The notes beneath the pieces are model-generated. The model did no database searches and was not told the origin of the DNA. It worked only from the letters and a program-made list of their open reading frames with translations. A stretch of 64,000 nucleotides of DNA from an uncultured delta proteobacterium. Lineage in GTDB: Bacteria; Myxococcota; Myxococcia; Myxococcales; Myxococcaceae. The DNA is taken from the NCBI GenBank assembly GCA_963771175.1, contig CAVYSY010000046.1:229475-293474 (forward strand), written 5' to 3'. Each line of letters starts with the position of its first letter. Position 1 is the first letter of the stretch. A program made the position numbers and the translations under genes. Positions 12,173 through 24,412 of the stretch are shown here, one piece after another.

Positions 12173-12185
12173 GGAGTCGACGCAT

Positions 12186-12666
12186 ATGAAGCGTTCCCTG
12201 ATCGCGGTGGTGGTGCTTCTCGGGTCGGGCCTGGCGTTCGCGCAGGGCTCGGCCAAGGGGTCGGCGGGCAAGGAGACAGGGTCCGAGGCGACCGTCCCCG
12301 CGCAGGAGAAGAAGAAGGCGGAGCCGGCCCGGCCCCAGCCGCCGAACGTGTCGCAGATGCCCTTCACCCCGGACTCCATCCGCGAGGTGATGACGTACTA
12401 CTCGCGCGACATCCAGGAGTGCTACGAGGAGATCCTCGCGACGAAGGGCAGCAAGGTGGAGGAGGGCCGCATCATGACGTCCTTCACCATCACGCCGGAC
12501 GGCTTCGTGAGGAACGCCAAGGTGGTCAAGGCGGGCACGACTGCTGAAGAACGCACGGCTGAACGAGTGCGTGGTGAACGTGCTCTCCAGCATCACGTTC
12601 CCGCAGCCGCCGGACGGGCGCGAGTACCCCATCGAGTATCCGTTCAACCTCAAGGCCATCAAGTAG
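12186..12666 (+). CDS. Secreted protein with AgmX/PglI C-terminal (TonB_C-like) domain; frameshift near 12540
   Basis: Signal peptide; DIQECYEE…EGRIMTSFTITPDGFV…ECVVNVLSSITFPQP…IEYPFNL pattern. Confidence 0.7.
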
Positions 12667-12677
12667 GACGCCCCCCC

Positions 12678-13829
12678 GTGAACCTCGAGCTCACCGAGAC
12701 GCAGACGCTCATCCGCGACACCGCGCGCAAGTTCGCGCGCGAGCGGATGGCGCCCCAGGCGCGCAGATTCGACAAGCGAGGAGATCTTCCCCACGGAGCT
12801 CTTCAAGGAGCTGGCCGCCCTGGGGCTGCATGGGGGTGAACATCCCCGCCCAGTACGGCGGCGCCGAGGCGGGCGCGGTCTCCTACGCCCTGGCGATGAT
12901 GGAGATGGCGGCCGCGTGCGCCTCCACCTCGGTGGCCATGGCGGTCACGAACATGTGCGCCGAGCTCATCCACAAGTTCGGCACCGAGGCCCAGCGCGAG
13001 AAGTACGTGACGCGGCTCACCTCGGGCGAGGCGGTGGTGGGCGCGTTCGCGCTCTCCGAGCCGCACGCGGGCTCGGATCCGCGCGCCATGCGCACCACGG
13101 CGGTGCGCCGCGGGGACAAGTGGGTGCTCAACGGCAGCAAGCAGTGGATCACCTCCGGCGCCTACGCGGGCGTGATGGTGGTGTGGGCGCAGCACGGGCG
13201 GGCAGGGCAGCAAGGGCATCTCCGCCTTCATCGTCGAGGGCGGGACGACGGGCCTCCTCGTCGGCAAGCACGAGGACAAGATGGGCCTGCGCGGCTCCAA
13301 CACCGTGGCGCTCACCTTCGAGGACTGCGAGATCCCCGCGGAGAACCTCCTGGGCAAGGAGGGCGACGGCTTCAAGCTGGCGATGATCGCGCTGGACGGC
13401 GGCCGCATCGGCATCGCCTCGCAGGCGTGCGGCGTGGCGCGGGCGGCGCTCGAGGCCTCCGTCCGGTACTCGAAGGACCGCAAGGCCTTCGGTCAGGCCA
13501 TCGCCGACTTCCAGGGGCTGCGCTTCATGCTCGCCAACATGAAGCACCGAGCTCCAGCGCGGCCGAGCTGCTGACGTTCCGGGCCGCGAAGCTCAAGGAG
13601 GAGGGCAAGCCGTTCACCCGCGAGGCCTCGATGGCGAAGCTCTATCGCCAGCGAGATGTCCAACCGCGCGGTGGACAAGGCGGTGCAGATCCACGGCGGC
13701 TACGGCTACATCGACGAGTTCCCCGTGGAGCGCTACTTCCGCGACGCCCGGGTGCAGACCATCTACGAGGGCACCAGCGAGGTGCAGCGGATGGTGATCG
13801 CCCGCGAGACGTTCAAGCTGCTGGACTGA
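12678..13829 (+). CDS. Acyl-CoA dehydrogenase; frameshifted
   Basis: [57 protein letters not shown]. Confidence 0.9.
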
Positions 13830-14051
13830 GCGCCCGCCCCCTCGGGTGCCTGGGCAGCAGCCACGGGACTCCGCGCGTTTCGTGCGCCGAGGCAATGGCG
13901 CGGGGATTCATCGGGCATCACCTTTGAATCCTCGGAGGGTAGGGGAGTGTGGGTGCTTTCCTGCCTGCCGGACGAGGGCTCTAGAGGACCGGGGGGTGTC
14001 CGATCCGCCAGTGAGCATTATCAGGACTATGAACAAGTACCGCGTGCTCGC

Positions 14052-14081
14052 TTGACTGCCGGTATAACCGGTGTCTAGGGT
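14052..14081 (+). promoter_or_regulatory. Putative rpsA promoter
   Basis: TTGACT-N18-TAGGGT about 115 bp upstream of the ATG. Confidence 0.4.
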
Positions 14082-14196
14082 GCGCGGCTTCGAACCAACC
14101 CCATTGTGGGGAAGGCTCGCGCTCCACTCGTAGCTCCCCGCGAGTGGATGCCGTCAACAACCGGGGGCAGAAGTACCAGTTAGGACTCTCAATCTC

Positions 14197-15908
<1,712 letters not shown>

Positions 15909-15935
15909 GTCTGCCTCCCTCATAAAGGGTACGCG

Positions 15936-15975
15936 ACGGCCGGGTTCCCGAGAGGGGGCCCGGCCGTTTGCTTTT
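15936..15975 (+). terminator. Intrinsic terminator after rpsA
   Basis: ACGGCCGGGTTCCC-gaga-GGGGGCCCGGCCGT stem followed by TTGCTTTT. Confidence 0.8.
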
Positions 15976-16081
15976 GGGCTTCAGGGCAGGCAAGGAGGCT
16001 TGATCCGCTCGGAAGGCTCAGTGATAAGGGCCCTCGCGATTGTTATTCGAAGTCATCTTCAGCACCCCAAGGAGGCAGTTC

Positions 16082-17260
16082 ATGGCTCGTGAAGTGGTCA
16101 TCGTCGGCGCGGCGCGTACCCCCATCGGGGCCTTCCAGGGCGCCCTCTCCAAGCTGACGGCTCCGCAGCTCGGCGCCATCGCCATCAAGGCGGCGCTGGA
16201 GCGCTCGGGCGTGTCCCCGGATCAGGTGAACGAGGTCGTCATGGGCTGCGTGCTCCAGGCTGGCGTGGGTCAGGCCCCCGCGCGTCAGGCCGCCATCTTC
16301 GCCGGCCTCCCCGACAGCATCCCCGCCGTCACCCTCAACAAGGTGTGCGGCTCGGGCCTCAAGGCGGTCATCGCCGGCGCCCAGGCCATTGCCCTCGGTG
16401 ACGCCGAGGTGGTGGTGGCCGGCGGCATGGAGTCCATGAGCAACGCGCCCTACGTCAGCCACGCCATGCGTGGCGGCGCCCGCATGGGCAACGTGGAGTT
16501 CAAGGACTCGATGATCCTCGACGGCCTGTGGGATCCCTACGACAACGTCCACATGGGCAACTGCGCCGAGGAGTGCGCCGTCAACCAGGGCATCAGCCGC
16601 GCCAACCAGGACGAGTTCGCCTTGGAGTCCACCAAGCGCGCCATCGAGGCCCAGAAGGCCGGCCTGTTCACCAAGGAGATCGTCCCGGTCACCGTGCCCG
16701 GCGGCAAGGGCGGCGACGTGGTGGTGAGCGAGGACGAGGGTCCGAAGAACGCCAGGCCGGAGAAGATTCCGACGCTCAAGCCCGTCTTCAAGAAGGACGG
16801 CACGGTGACGGCGGCCAATGCCTCGTCCATCAACGACGGCGCCGCGGCGCTGGTGCTGATGAGCGCCGAGCGCGCCAAGGCCGAGGGTCGCACCATCCTG
16901 GGCCGCATCGCCGGCTACGCCGGGGCCGCCCGCAAGCCGGTGGAGTTCACCATCGCCCCGGCCGACTCCATCAACAACCTGCTCAAGCGCACCGGTCACA
17001 CGACCGCCGACGTGGACCTCTGGGAGATCAACGAGGCCTTCGCGGTGGTGGCCCTCGCGAACAACAAGCTGCTCGGCCTGGACGCCTCGAAGGTGAACGT
17101 GCGCGGCGGCGCGGTGGTGCTCGGCCACCCGATCGGCGCCTCGGGCGCGCGCATCCTGGTGACGCTGCTGCACACCCTGAAGGACCAGAACAAGAAGCGT
17201 GGCGTCGCGTCGCTCTGCATCGGCGGCGGCGAGGGCATCGCGCTGATGGTGGAGCGCTAG
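16082..17260 (+). CDS. atoB: Acetyl-CoA acetyltransferase (thiolase)
   Basis: RTPIGAF; NKVCGSG; GGMESMS; NEAF; GHPIGASG; CIGGGEG. Confidence 0.92.
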   Translation: MAREVVIVGAARTPIGAFQGALSKLTAPQLGAIAIKAALERSGVSPDQVNEVVMGCVLQAGVGQAPARQAAIFAGLPDSIPAVTLNKVCGSGLKAVIAGAQAIALGDAEVVVAGGMESMSNAPYVSHAMRGGARMGNVEFKDSMILDGLWDPYDNVHMGNCAEECAVNQGISRANQDEFALESTKRAIEAQKAGLFTKEIVPVTVPGGKGGDVVVSEDEGPKNARPEKIPTLKPVFKKDGTVTAANASSINDGAAALVLMSAERAKAEGRTILGRIAGYAGAARKPVEFTIAPADSINNLLKRTGHTTADVDLWEINEAFAVVALANNKLLGLDASKVNVRGGAVVLGHPIGASGARILVTLLHTLKDQNKKRGVASLCIGGGEGIALMVER

Positions 17261-17353
17261 TCCAACGCGGGACGAACACCCTCTCCCGCTAGTGGAGAGG
17301 GGCGGGGTGGAGGCCTTCGATGGGCCTTCGCCCCGTTCTCGTAGGAGGGGCTC

Positions 17354-18052
17354 ATGAACAAGATCATCGCGAGCGCGGACGAGGCTGTCCGCGACATCCC
17401 GGATGGCGCCACGCTGATGAGCGGCGGCTTCGGGCTGTGCGGCAACCCCGAGAACCTCATCGCGGCCCTGCACCGCAAGGGGACCCGGGGGCTCACCATC
17501 ATCTCCAACAACTGCGGCACCACCGAGCTGGGTCTGGGCATCCTGCTCAAGGCCAACCAGGTGAAGAAGATCGTCGCCAGCTACGTGGGCGAGAACAAGG
17601 TCTTCGAGCAGCAGATGCTCTCCGGACAGCTCGAGGTCGAGCTCAACCCGCAGGGCACGCTGGCCGAGCGCATCCGCGCCGGTGGCTGCGGCATCGGCGG
17701 TTTCTTCACTCCGTCGGGCGCGGGCACCGAGCTCTCCAAGGGCAAGGAGACGCGGATGATCGACGGGCGCCTGCACGTGCTGGAGACGCCGCTCAAGGCG
17801 GACTTCACCATCGTGCGAGCCTGGAAGGCGGACACCTGGGGCAACCTGGTGTTCCGCAAGACGGCCCGCAACTTCTCGCCGATGATGTGCATGGCGGGAA
17901 AGGTCACCATCGTCGAGGCCGAGCACATCGTGGCCGCCGGCGAGATCGACCCGGATCAGGTGCACCTGCCCGGTATCTTCGTGCACCGCATCGTCCAGTC
18001 GAAGGACCTCCAGAAGTGGATCGAGCGCCGCACCGTGCAGAAGAAGGCCTGA
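17354..18052 (+). CDS. scoA: Succinyl-CoA:3-oxoacid CoA-transferase subunit A
   Basis: GGFGLCGNPENLI; SYVGEN; PQGTLAERIRAGG; ARNFSP. Confidence 0.92.
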   Translation: MNKIIASADEAVRDIPDGATLMSGGFGLCGNPENLIAALHRKGTRGLTIISNNCGTTELGLGILLKANQVKKIVASYVGENKVFEQQMLSGQLEVELNPQGTLAERIRAGGCGIGGFFTPSGAGTELSKGKETRMIDGRLHVLETPLKADFTIVRAWKADTWGNLVFRKTARNFSPMMCMAGKVTIVEAEHIVAAGEIDPDQVHLPGIFVHRIVQSKDLQKWIERRTVQKKA

Positions 18053-18061
18053 GAGGACGCC

Positions 18062-18718
18062 ATGCCCCTGACCCGTGAGCAGATTGCCCAGCGCATCGCC
18101 CAGGAGCTGCGCGATGGCTATTACGTGAACCTCGGAATTGGCATCCCCACGCTGGTGGCCAACTACATTCCGAAGGGCCTCGACATCATGTTCCAGTCCG
18201 AGAACGGCATCCTCGGCATGGGCCCCTGGCCCATGGAAGGCGAGGAGGATCCGGATCTCATCAACGCCGGCAAGGAGACGGTGACGGTGGTGAAGGGCGC
18301 CGCCTTCTTCGACTCGGCGCTGTCCTTCGGGATGATCCGCGGCGGCCATGTCGACCTGGCCGTGCTCGGCGCCATGGAGGTGAGCGAGGAGGGGGATCTC
18401 GCCAACTGGATGATCCCCGGCAAGATGGTGAAGGGCCCGGGTGGCGCCATGGACCTCGCGGTGGGCGCCAAGCGCGTCTTCGTGACCATGGAGCACGTCA
18501 ACAAGGAGGGGAAGCCGAAGATCCTCAAGAAGTGCTCCCTGCCCATCACCGGCCTCAAGTGCGTCAACCACATCGTCACCGAGTACGCCCTCCTGGACGT
18601 GACGCCCCAGGGCCTCGTGCTGCGCGAGCTGGCCCCCGGCGTGACGGTGGAGCAGGTTCAGGCCATCACCGAGCCCAAGCTCACGGTGGCCCCGGACGTG
18701 CGTGAGATGAAGATCTGA
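18062..18718 (+). CDS. scoB: Succinyl-CoA:3-oxoacid CoA-transferase subunit B
   Basis: [14 protein letters not shown] catalytic motif; INAGK; GDLANW; GGAMDL. Confidence 0.92.
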   Translation: MPLTREQIAQRIAQELRDGYYVNLGIGIPTLVANYIPKGLDIMFQSENGILGMGPWPMEGEEDPDLINAGKETVTVVKGAAFFDSALSFGMIRGGHVDLAVLGAMEVSEEGDLANWMIPGKMVKGPGGAMDLAVGAKRVFVTMEHVNKEGKPKILKKCSLPITGLKCVNHIVTEYALLDVTPQGLVLRELAPGVTVEQVQAITEPKLTVAPDVREMKI

Positions 18719-18849
18719 GATCGGTCTCCCGGTCTTTCGCCGTGCCCGCCGCGGTCCCAGCTCTCGGGGCCGCGGCGGAATACCTGCGCCGGAGCGGAGG
18801 TCGAATAAGGATGGCGCCCTGAAGGGGCCGCCGAGTCCCCGTTTCCCCC

Positions 18850-20139
18850 ATGCTGCCGGATACCCCCATTGAATTGACGATCGAGCGCCTCGGGCAGCTC
18901 GGAGAGGGCGTGGCCTCGTACGAGGGACGCACCGTCTTCGTGCCCGGCACCTTCCCTGGCGAGCGCGTGCGCGTGCGTCTGGAGCAGGAGGGCAAGGTGA
19001 TGCGCGGCCACCTGCTGGGTGACGTGCTGGTGCCGAGTCCGGACCGACGGCGCTCGCCGTGTGCCCTCAACGCCCGGTGTGGCGGGTGCGACTGGCTGGA
19101 GCTGTCCGAGTCCGCCCAGCGTGCCGCGAAACAGGAGATTGTCCTCTCCGCCCTGGAGCACCTGGGCCGGCTGAAGCGGGACAGCTTCGCGGTGCGGCCC
19201 CTCCTGGTGGCCCCGACGGACTTCGGTTACCGGCGGCGCGCGGTGCTGCACTTCCTCAAGGACGAGCTGGCCTACTTCGGGCGGCGCAGCCATGACCGGG
19301 TGCCGGTGAGCGAGTGTGGCGCGCTGGTGCCGGTGCTCGCGGAGCTGCCGGGCAAGCTGGCGCCGCTGCTCAAGCCGGTGTCCCGGGACGCCGAAGAGGT
19401 GCACCTGCTGGCCGAGGGTGGCAAGGCGGCCTTCGCGGTGATGCTGAAGGGTCAGGCGACTCCGAGGCATGTGGAGGCCTGCGAGGCGGCGGTGCGCGCG
19501 CTGCGGCTCGAGGGCGCGGTGCTGGTGCCCAAGGAGGGCTCGCCGCGCGTCATCGGCAAGCCGGTGCTGCGCTCGATTTCGCCCCTGCGTCCGGAAGTGC
19601 CGCTGTACCTGCGGCCGGACGCGTTCTCCCAGGCCCACGCGGAGGCCAATGTGGGGCTGGTGACGTCCGCCCTGTACGAATTGGCCCCGCGCGACACGGA
19701 CTCGGTACTGGAGCTGTACTCGGGCAATGGCAACTTCACGTTCCCGCTCGCGGCGAGTGCGGCCTCGGTACTCGGGGTGGAGTCCTCCCCGGCGTCAGTG
19801 GAGCTGGCGCAGCGCAGTGTTCGAGAGGGTGGGGTGACCAACGTGCGCTTCGTCCAGGGCGACGCCCGGAAGGTGTGCGAGGGCCTCATCCGCGAGGGGA
19901 AGCGGTTCGACCTCGCGCTGGCGGACCCTCCTCGGACGGGGGCACCGGGGCTCGCTCGGTGGCTCAAGACCCTGGGAGTAAGGCGTGTGGTGTACGTGGC
20001 CTGTGATCCGGGCTCGTTGGCGCGGGACGCAGCGGGACTGGTAGAGGCGGGTTACAAGCCGCTGGCGCTCCAGGTGGTGGACATGTTCCCCCAGACGCAC
20101 CACGTGGAATCCGTGATGTCCTTCGAGCTGCCCCGGTAA
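18850..20139 (+). CDS. rlmD: RlmD/TrmA-family RNA (uracil-5)-methyltransferase with TRAM domain
   Basis: TRAM-like N-terminus; CALNARCGGC Fe-S motif; ELYSGNGNF; DPPRTG; YVACDP; DMFPQTHHVE. Confidence 0.82.
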   Translation: MLPDTPIELTIERLGQLGEGVASYEGRTVFVPGTFPGERVRVRLEQEGKVMRGHLLGDVLVPSPDRRRSPCALNARCGGCDWLELSESAQRAAKQEIVLSALEHLGRLKRDSFAVRPLLVAPTDFGYRRRAVLHFLKDELAYFGRRSHDRVPVSECGALVPVLAELPGKLAPLLKPVSRDAEEVHLLAEGGKAAFAVMLKGQATPRHVEACEAAVRALRLEGAVLVPKEGSPRVIGKPVLRSISPLRPEVPLYLRPDAFSQAHAEANVGLVTSALYELAPRDTDSVLELYSGNGNFTFPLAASAASVLGVESSPASVELAQRSVREGGVTNVRFVQGDARKVCEGLIREGKRFDLALADPPRTGAPGLARWLKTLGVRRVVYVACDPGSLARDAAGLVEAGYKPLALQVVDMFPQTHHVESVMSFELPR

Positions 20140-20166
20140 TCACCCCGCGGCACACAGGAGTTTGTT

Positions 20167-20529
20167 TTGGAGATCTTCAAGGAGTTCACCTTCGAGGCCG
20201 CCCACCGCCTCCCCAATGTTCCCGCAGGGCACAAGTGCGCCCGGCTGCACGGTCACTCCTACCGCGTGACCCTCCACGTCCAGGGGCAGGTGGGTGCGGA
20301 CTCCGGGTGGGTGATGGACTTCGCCGACCTCACCGAGGCCTTCAAGCCCATCCAGGCCCAGCTCGATCACTACTACCTCAATGAGATCGAGGGGCTGTCC
20401 AACCCCACCAGTGAGAACCTGGCGCGATGGATCTGGCAGCGGGTGCGGCCTCGTCTGCCGCAGCTCTCCCAGGTGATGGTGCGCGAGACCTGCACCTCGG
20501 GCTGCATCTACCGGGGCGAGAACGACTGA
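20167..20529 (+). CDS. queD: 6-carboxy-5,6,7,8-tetrahydropterin synthase
   Basis: FEAAHRLP…[39 protein letters not shown]. Confidence 0.92.
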   Translation: MEIFKEFTFEAAHRLPNVPAGHKCARLHGHSYRVTLHVQGQVGADSGWVMDFADLTEAFKPIQAQLDHYYLNEIEGLSNPTSENLARWIWQRVRPRLPQLSQVMVRETCTSGCIYRGEND

Positions 20530-20532
20530 GCG

Positions 20533-21320
20533 TCACTCGCGCAGCAGCAGTCCTCCGTCGATGACCAACTCGCTGCCGGTCGTCCACGGGGACGCCAGCA
20601 GGTGCACTACCGCGTCGGCTATCTCCTCGGGCTTGCCGAGCCGTCCCAGCGGGTGCAACGCCCCCAGCGTGGACAGTTGGGCGGAGATCCTCCGCTCGAG
20701 CTCCTCACCCTCGGGAGGTGACTCACCGGGACTCAAGCGCGGAGCCCGGACCATCTCCGTGTCCACCACTCCCGGGCAGACGGCATTGGCCCGGACCCGC
20801 CGCGAGGCCCCCGCCAGGGCCAGCGAGCGCATCGCCGCCAGCAACCCGGCCTTGGCCGCGCTGTAGACCGCGCTGGTGGGCAACGGCCTCAGGGCCAGGG
20901 TGGAGGCGATGAACACCATGCCCCCGCCGTCCTCCAGGACCGACAGCGCCTCCTCGCCCAGGCGCAGCGGAGCCACCAGGTTGACCTCGAGTTGGGCCCG
21001 CAGGGCCTCCTCGGAGATGTGTCCGGGGAGTTGGTGCTCCACCACCCCCGCCGAGTGGACCAGTCCGTCCAGCCCGCCCAGCGCCTCACGCGCCCGAGCC
21101 AGCAGCCCCGCACGCTCGGAAGGGGACGGCGAGATCGCAGGGAAGGGCCACCGCCTGACCGGGCCAGGCTCGCACCACCGCCTCCAGCCGCTCCGCCCGA
21201 CGCCCGCTCACCGCCACCCTGCCTCCCGCCCGCAGCAGCGCCTCGGCGACCGCGAGGCCCATGCCGCTGCCCCCTCCCGTCACCAGCACCTTCCGGGTGC
21301 CCCACGGGTCGCTCGCTCAC
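20533..21320 (-). CDS. SDR family oxidoreductase; frameshifts near 21120 and 21300
   Basis: VLVTGGGSGMG; YSAAK; NAVCPGVVDT; PLGRLGKPEE; TTGSELVIDGG. Confidence 0.82.
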
Positions 21321-22144
21321 CACCGCTCGCCCTCCGCCTCCGGGGTGCTCGCCGCCGCCGGGTAGTAGGGATGGCCTTCAATCGGGGCCAGTCCGCCTTC
21401 CGGCACGGGGACCTCCACCTCGTCATCGGGGAGGAAGGCCGGACGGTCCACGCACAGCACCGTCTGCTCGAGGGTCCTCGGGTTGTCGTAGCGGTGCGGG
21501 AAGCGCTTCGGCCACCGGAAGCCCGTGCCCGCCGGCACCGGTCGGCCCTGGAGCAGCAGCCCGTGGCCCAGCACCAGCTCGGCCTCGTTCATCACCCGGT
21601 GCTCGTGCGTGGGGATGGTGCGGCCCGGGGCCACGCGCAGTCGGTAGATGCCAACGTGCTCGTCCTCGAAGAGGACGTCCACCCGCCCGAAGGACTTCTC
21701 CTCCGTCTCGAACTGGTACTCGTCCGCGGTGCGGTGCACCTGCAGCGAGGCGAGGCCCGCTCGGCCCAGGGCCTCCGGCTTGGACAGCCGCAGGGTGACG
21801 GCCCGCACCGCGGCTCGGGCCGAGTCCTCGGTGGGCGGGGCCAGGATGTAGCGGCAGAGGGCCTCGGCGGCTGTCTCCAGCATGCGGAAGTCGGCCGTCT
21901 CCAGCAGGAAGCGCAGCTCCCCGGACAGCCGCGCGTAGTCCACCGTGTCCCGGAGGCTGCCCTCCGCGGCGGCCTTCCGGGTGTCCAGGTACAGCGCCAC
22001 GTCGAGATCCAGCGGCTGCGGCGTGCCTCGCTCGGCGGGGTACACCCCGACGATGCACCGGACGGGGAGCTGGCGCAGTTCGATCACATCCAGCGGGCGG
22101 CCCTGCGCGTCACGCGGGGCACCCTCGGAGAGGGGGCGGTTCAT
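21317..22144 (-). CDS. folB: Dihydroneopterin aldolase fused to a C-terminal cupin domain
   Basis: IVGVYPAERGTPQPLDLD…DTVDY…MLETAAE…LSKPEA (FolB), then IPTHEHRVMNEAE…PHRYDN (cupin metal motifs); single uninterrupted ORF. Confidence 0.82.
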   Translation of the reverse strand: MNRPLSEGAPRDAQGRPLDVIELRQLPVRCIVGVYPAERGTPQPLDLDVALYLDTRKAAAEGSLRDTVDYARLSGELRFLLETADFRMLETAAEALCRYILAPPTEDSARAAVRAVTLRLSKPEALGRAGLASLQVHRTADEYQFETEEKSFGRVDVLFEDEHVGIYRLRVAPGRTIPTHEHRVMNEAELVLGHGLLLQGRPVPAGTGFRWPKRFPHRYDNPRTLEQTVLCVDRPAFLPDDEVEVPVPEGGLAPIEGHPYYPAAASTPEAEGERW

Positions 22145-22866
22145 AGCTGGGCGCTCCGGGCTCCATCCACGGCGATCACCTGTCCGGAGATATAAGGGGC
22201 CTCGCGGGCCAGGAAGACGACGACCCGGGCCACATCCTCGGCCGTGCCCACCCGCCCGAGGGGGATGCGGGCGAGGATGGCCTTCCGGGTGGCCTCGTCG
22301 AAGTCCTCCGGGAAGACGACCGTCCCCGGGGAGATGGCGTTCACCCGCACCTGGGGAGCCAGCTCCACGGCCAGCGCCCGGGTGAGCATGAGCAGCCCCG
22401 CCTTGCTGACGGAGTAGTGGGCATAGTTGCTCTCCGCTCGCTCCGCGCCAATGTCGGTGAGGTTCACGACGAGCGGGTGGGGGGTGGCTCGCAAGGCCGG
22501 GAGCAGCGCCTGGGTGAGGAAGAAGGGTGCCTCCAGGTTGACCCCCATCATCCGGTGGTACTGCTCCCGGGTGATGTCCTCGAAGGCCGCCCGCTCGTAG
22601 ATGCCCGCGTTGTTCACGAGGATGTCGATGGTCGGGTGGGCCTCGCGCAGGGTCGCCGCCAGCGACTCCAGCTCGCGCGGCGCCCCCAGGTCGGCGCGGT
22701 ACACGGTGGCACTCCGGCCCAGGGCGCGGGCCTTCCCGGCGACCTCCTCGGCTCCCTCGGTCGAGCGGTGGACGTGCAGGGCCAGGTCGTACCCCACCTC
22801 GGCGAGCGCCAGGGCGATGGCCTTTCCGATCCGGATGCCCGCCCCGGTGACGACTGCTGTTGGCAT
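22141..22866 (-). CDS. Pteridine reductase/FolM-like SDR
   Basis: TGAGIRIG (Arg in the Gly-rich loop typical of PTR1/FolM); NLTD; YSVSK; ELAPQVRVNAISPG; overlaps the folB start. Confidence 0.8.
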   Translation of the reverse strand: MPTAVVTGAGIRIGKAIALALAEVGYDLALHVHRSTEGAEEVAGKARALGRSATVYRADLGAPRELESLAATLREAHPTIDILVNNAGIYERAAFEDITREQYHRMMGVNLEAPFFLTQALLPALRATPHPLVVNLTDIGAERAESNYAHYSVSKAGLLMLTRALAVELAPQVRVNAISPGTVVFPEDFDEATRKAILARIPLGRVGTAEDVARVVVFLAREAPYISGQVIAVDGARSAQL

Positions 22867-23000
22867 GAATGTCTCCCTCGGCTTTTCCTCGGGCCTGGGT
22901 ATACAGGACCCACGGGCCGTCTGAGGGGAGGACGAGCGCTCACATCGCGGTCCCGAGGCTGTTAGAACGTCTGGCACCGATTCGAGGGGCCCACACCCAC

Positions 23001-24401
23001 ATGGACGCACGCATCGTCGAGTTCGCCGAGGTCCTCCGCCAGAACGGGGTGCGGGTCAGCACGTCCGAGGTCTCGGACGCGGCCCGGGCGGCCTCCGAGG
23101 TGGGGCTCCAGGACAAGGGCGCGTCTTCCGCTCGGTGCTGCGGACCACCCTGGTCAAGCGCCAGCAGGACGTGGACGTCTTCAACCGGGCCTTCGACTTC
23201 TTCTTCTCGGGGGCGGCGAAGACGTTCGAGGCGATCGACAAGTCGCTGGCGCAGCAGATTCAGGAGCAGGGGCTCATCGAGGGCGACAACCTCACGATGC
23301 TCCTGTTCCAGATGAACCAGCTCTTCCCCGAGCTGTCCCCGCTGGCCCAGGCGGCGCTGATGGGAGACCGGGCGCAGGCTCGCGCAGATCTTCCGGGCGG
23401 CCACGCTGCAGTTGGACCTCTCGCAGATGCAGAGCTCGATGCAGACGGGCTTCTTCTCCCGGCGCCTGCTGGTGGCGGCGGGAGTGGACCGGGCGCGCTC
23501 GGAGCTGAAGGGGATGGAGGACGAGCTGCGCAAGCGGGGCCTGCCGGCGGAGGGGGTGGAGATCGTCTCGCGCCACGTGGCCGAGGCCATGCGCAAGGTG
23601 GAGGAGGCGGCGCGGCGCGAGGTGAAGCGCCAGGCCGAGGCGCGCATCCGCAAGCCCGCGGGTGGGGTGGTGGACAAGCCGCTGCACCAGCTCAGCCAGG
23701 CCGAGGTGAACCAGATGGAGGCGGCGGTGCAGACGCTGGCGGAGAAGCTGAAGGCCCGGCTCATCCGCAAGGCGCGCTCGAAGCGGAAGGGGACGCTGAA
23801 CGTCCGCCGCACGCTGCGCCGCAACCTGCCGTGGGGTGGGGTGCCCATGGTGCCCCTGTTCCGCGCCCGCCGCCCCGAGCGCCCCGAGGTCGTCGTCCTC
23901 TGTGACGTCTCGGACTCGGTGCGCAACGCGTCGCGGATGATGCTGCTCTTCACCTACACGCTGCAGTCGCTCTTCGTGCGCGTGCGCTCGTTCGTCTTCG
24001 TCTCGGACGTGGGCGACGTGACGCAGTACTTCAAGGAGCAGGACGTGGACCGCGCGATCGACCTGGCCACCATGGGGCAGGCCGTCTCGCTCACCGCCAA
24101 CTCCAACTACGGCCGGGCGCTGGCCGCCTTCACGCGAGATCAGCTCGGCAGCATCACCCGCCGGACCACGGTGATGATCATCGGGGACGGCCGCAACAAC
24201 TACAACGCCAACAACGCCTGGGCGCTCAAGGACCTGAAGCAGAAGTGCAAGCGGCTCCTGTGGATCTGCCCCGAGGACCGTGGCAACTGGGGCTTCGGGG
24301 ACAGCGAGATGCTCACCTATTCGAAGGAATGCCACCAGACCGTGGTGGTCAACTCCGTGGCCGACCTGTCCCGCATCGCGGAGCAGCTCGTCCCCGCCTG
24401 A
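23001..24401 (+). CDS. CoxE-like VWA domain protein; frameshifted
   Basis: EFAEVLRQNGVRVS; LNVRRTLRRNL; MIDAS-like DVSDS; FVFVSD; IGDGRNN; LWICPE. Confidence 0.82.
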
Positions 24402-24412
24402 AAGACACGCCC

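Noticed and set aside
14010..14030. TTATCAGGAC half-site upstream of rpsA, and ACTACATAA near 46378
   Set aside because: Single arms only, with no 11-6-11 structure
16043..18571. Very long antisense ORFs (also 13981..15993, 28677..30443, 42671..45379, 59025..61139)
   Set aside because: Shadow ORFs caused by high-GC codon bias opposite well-supported genes; no recognisable motifs
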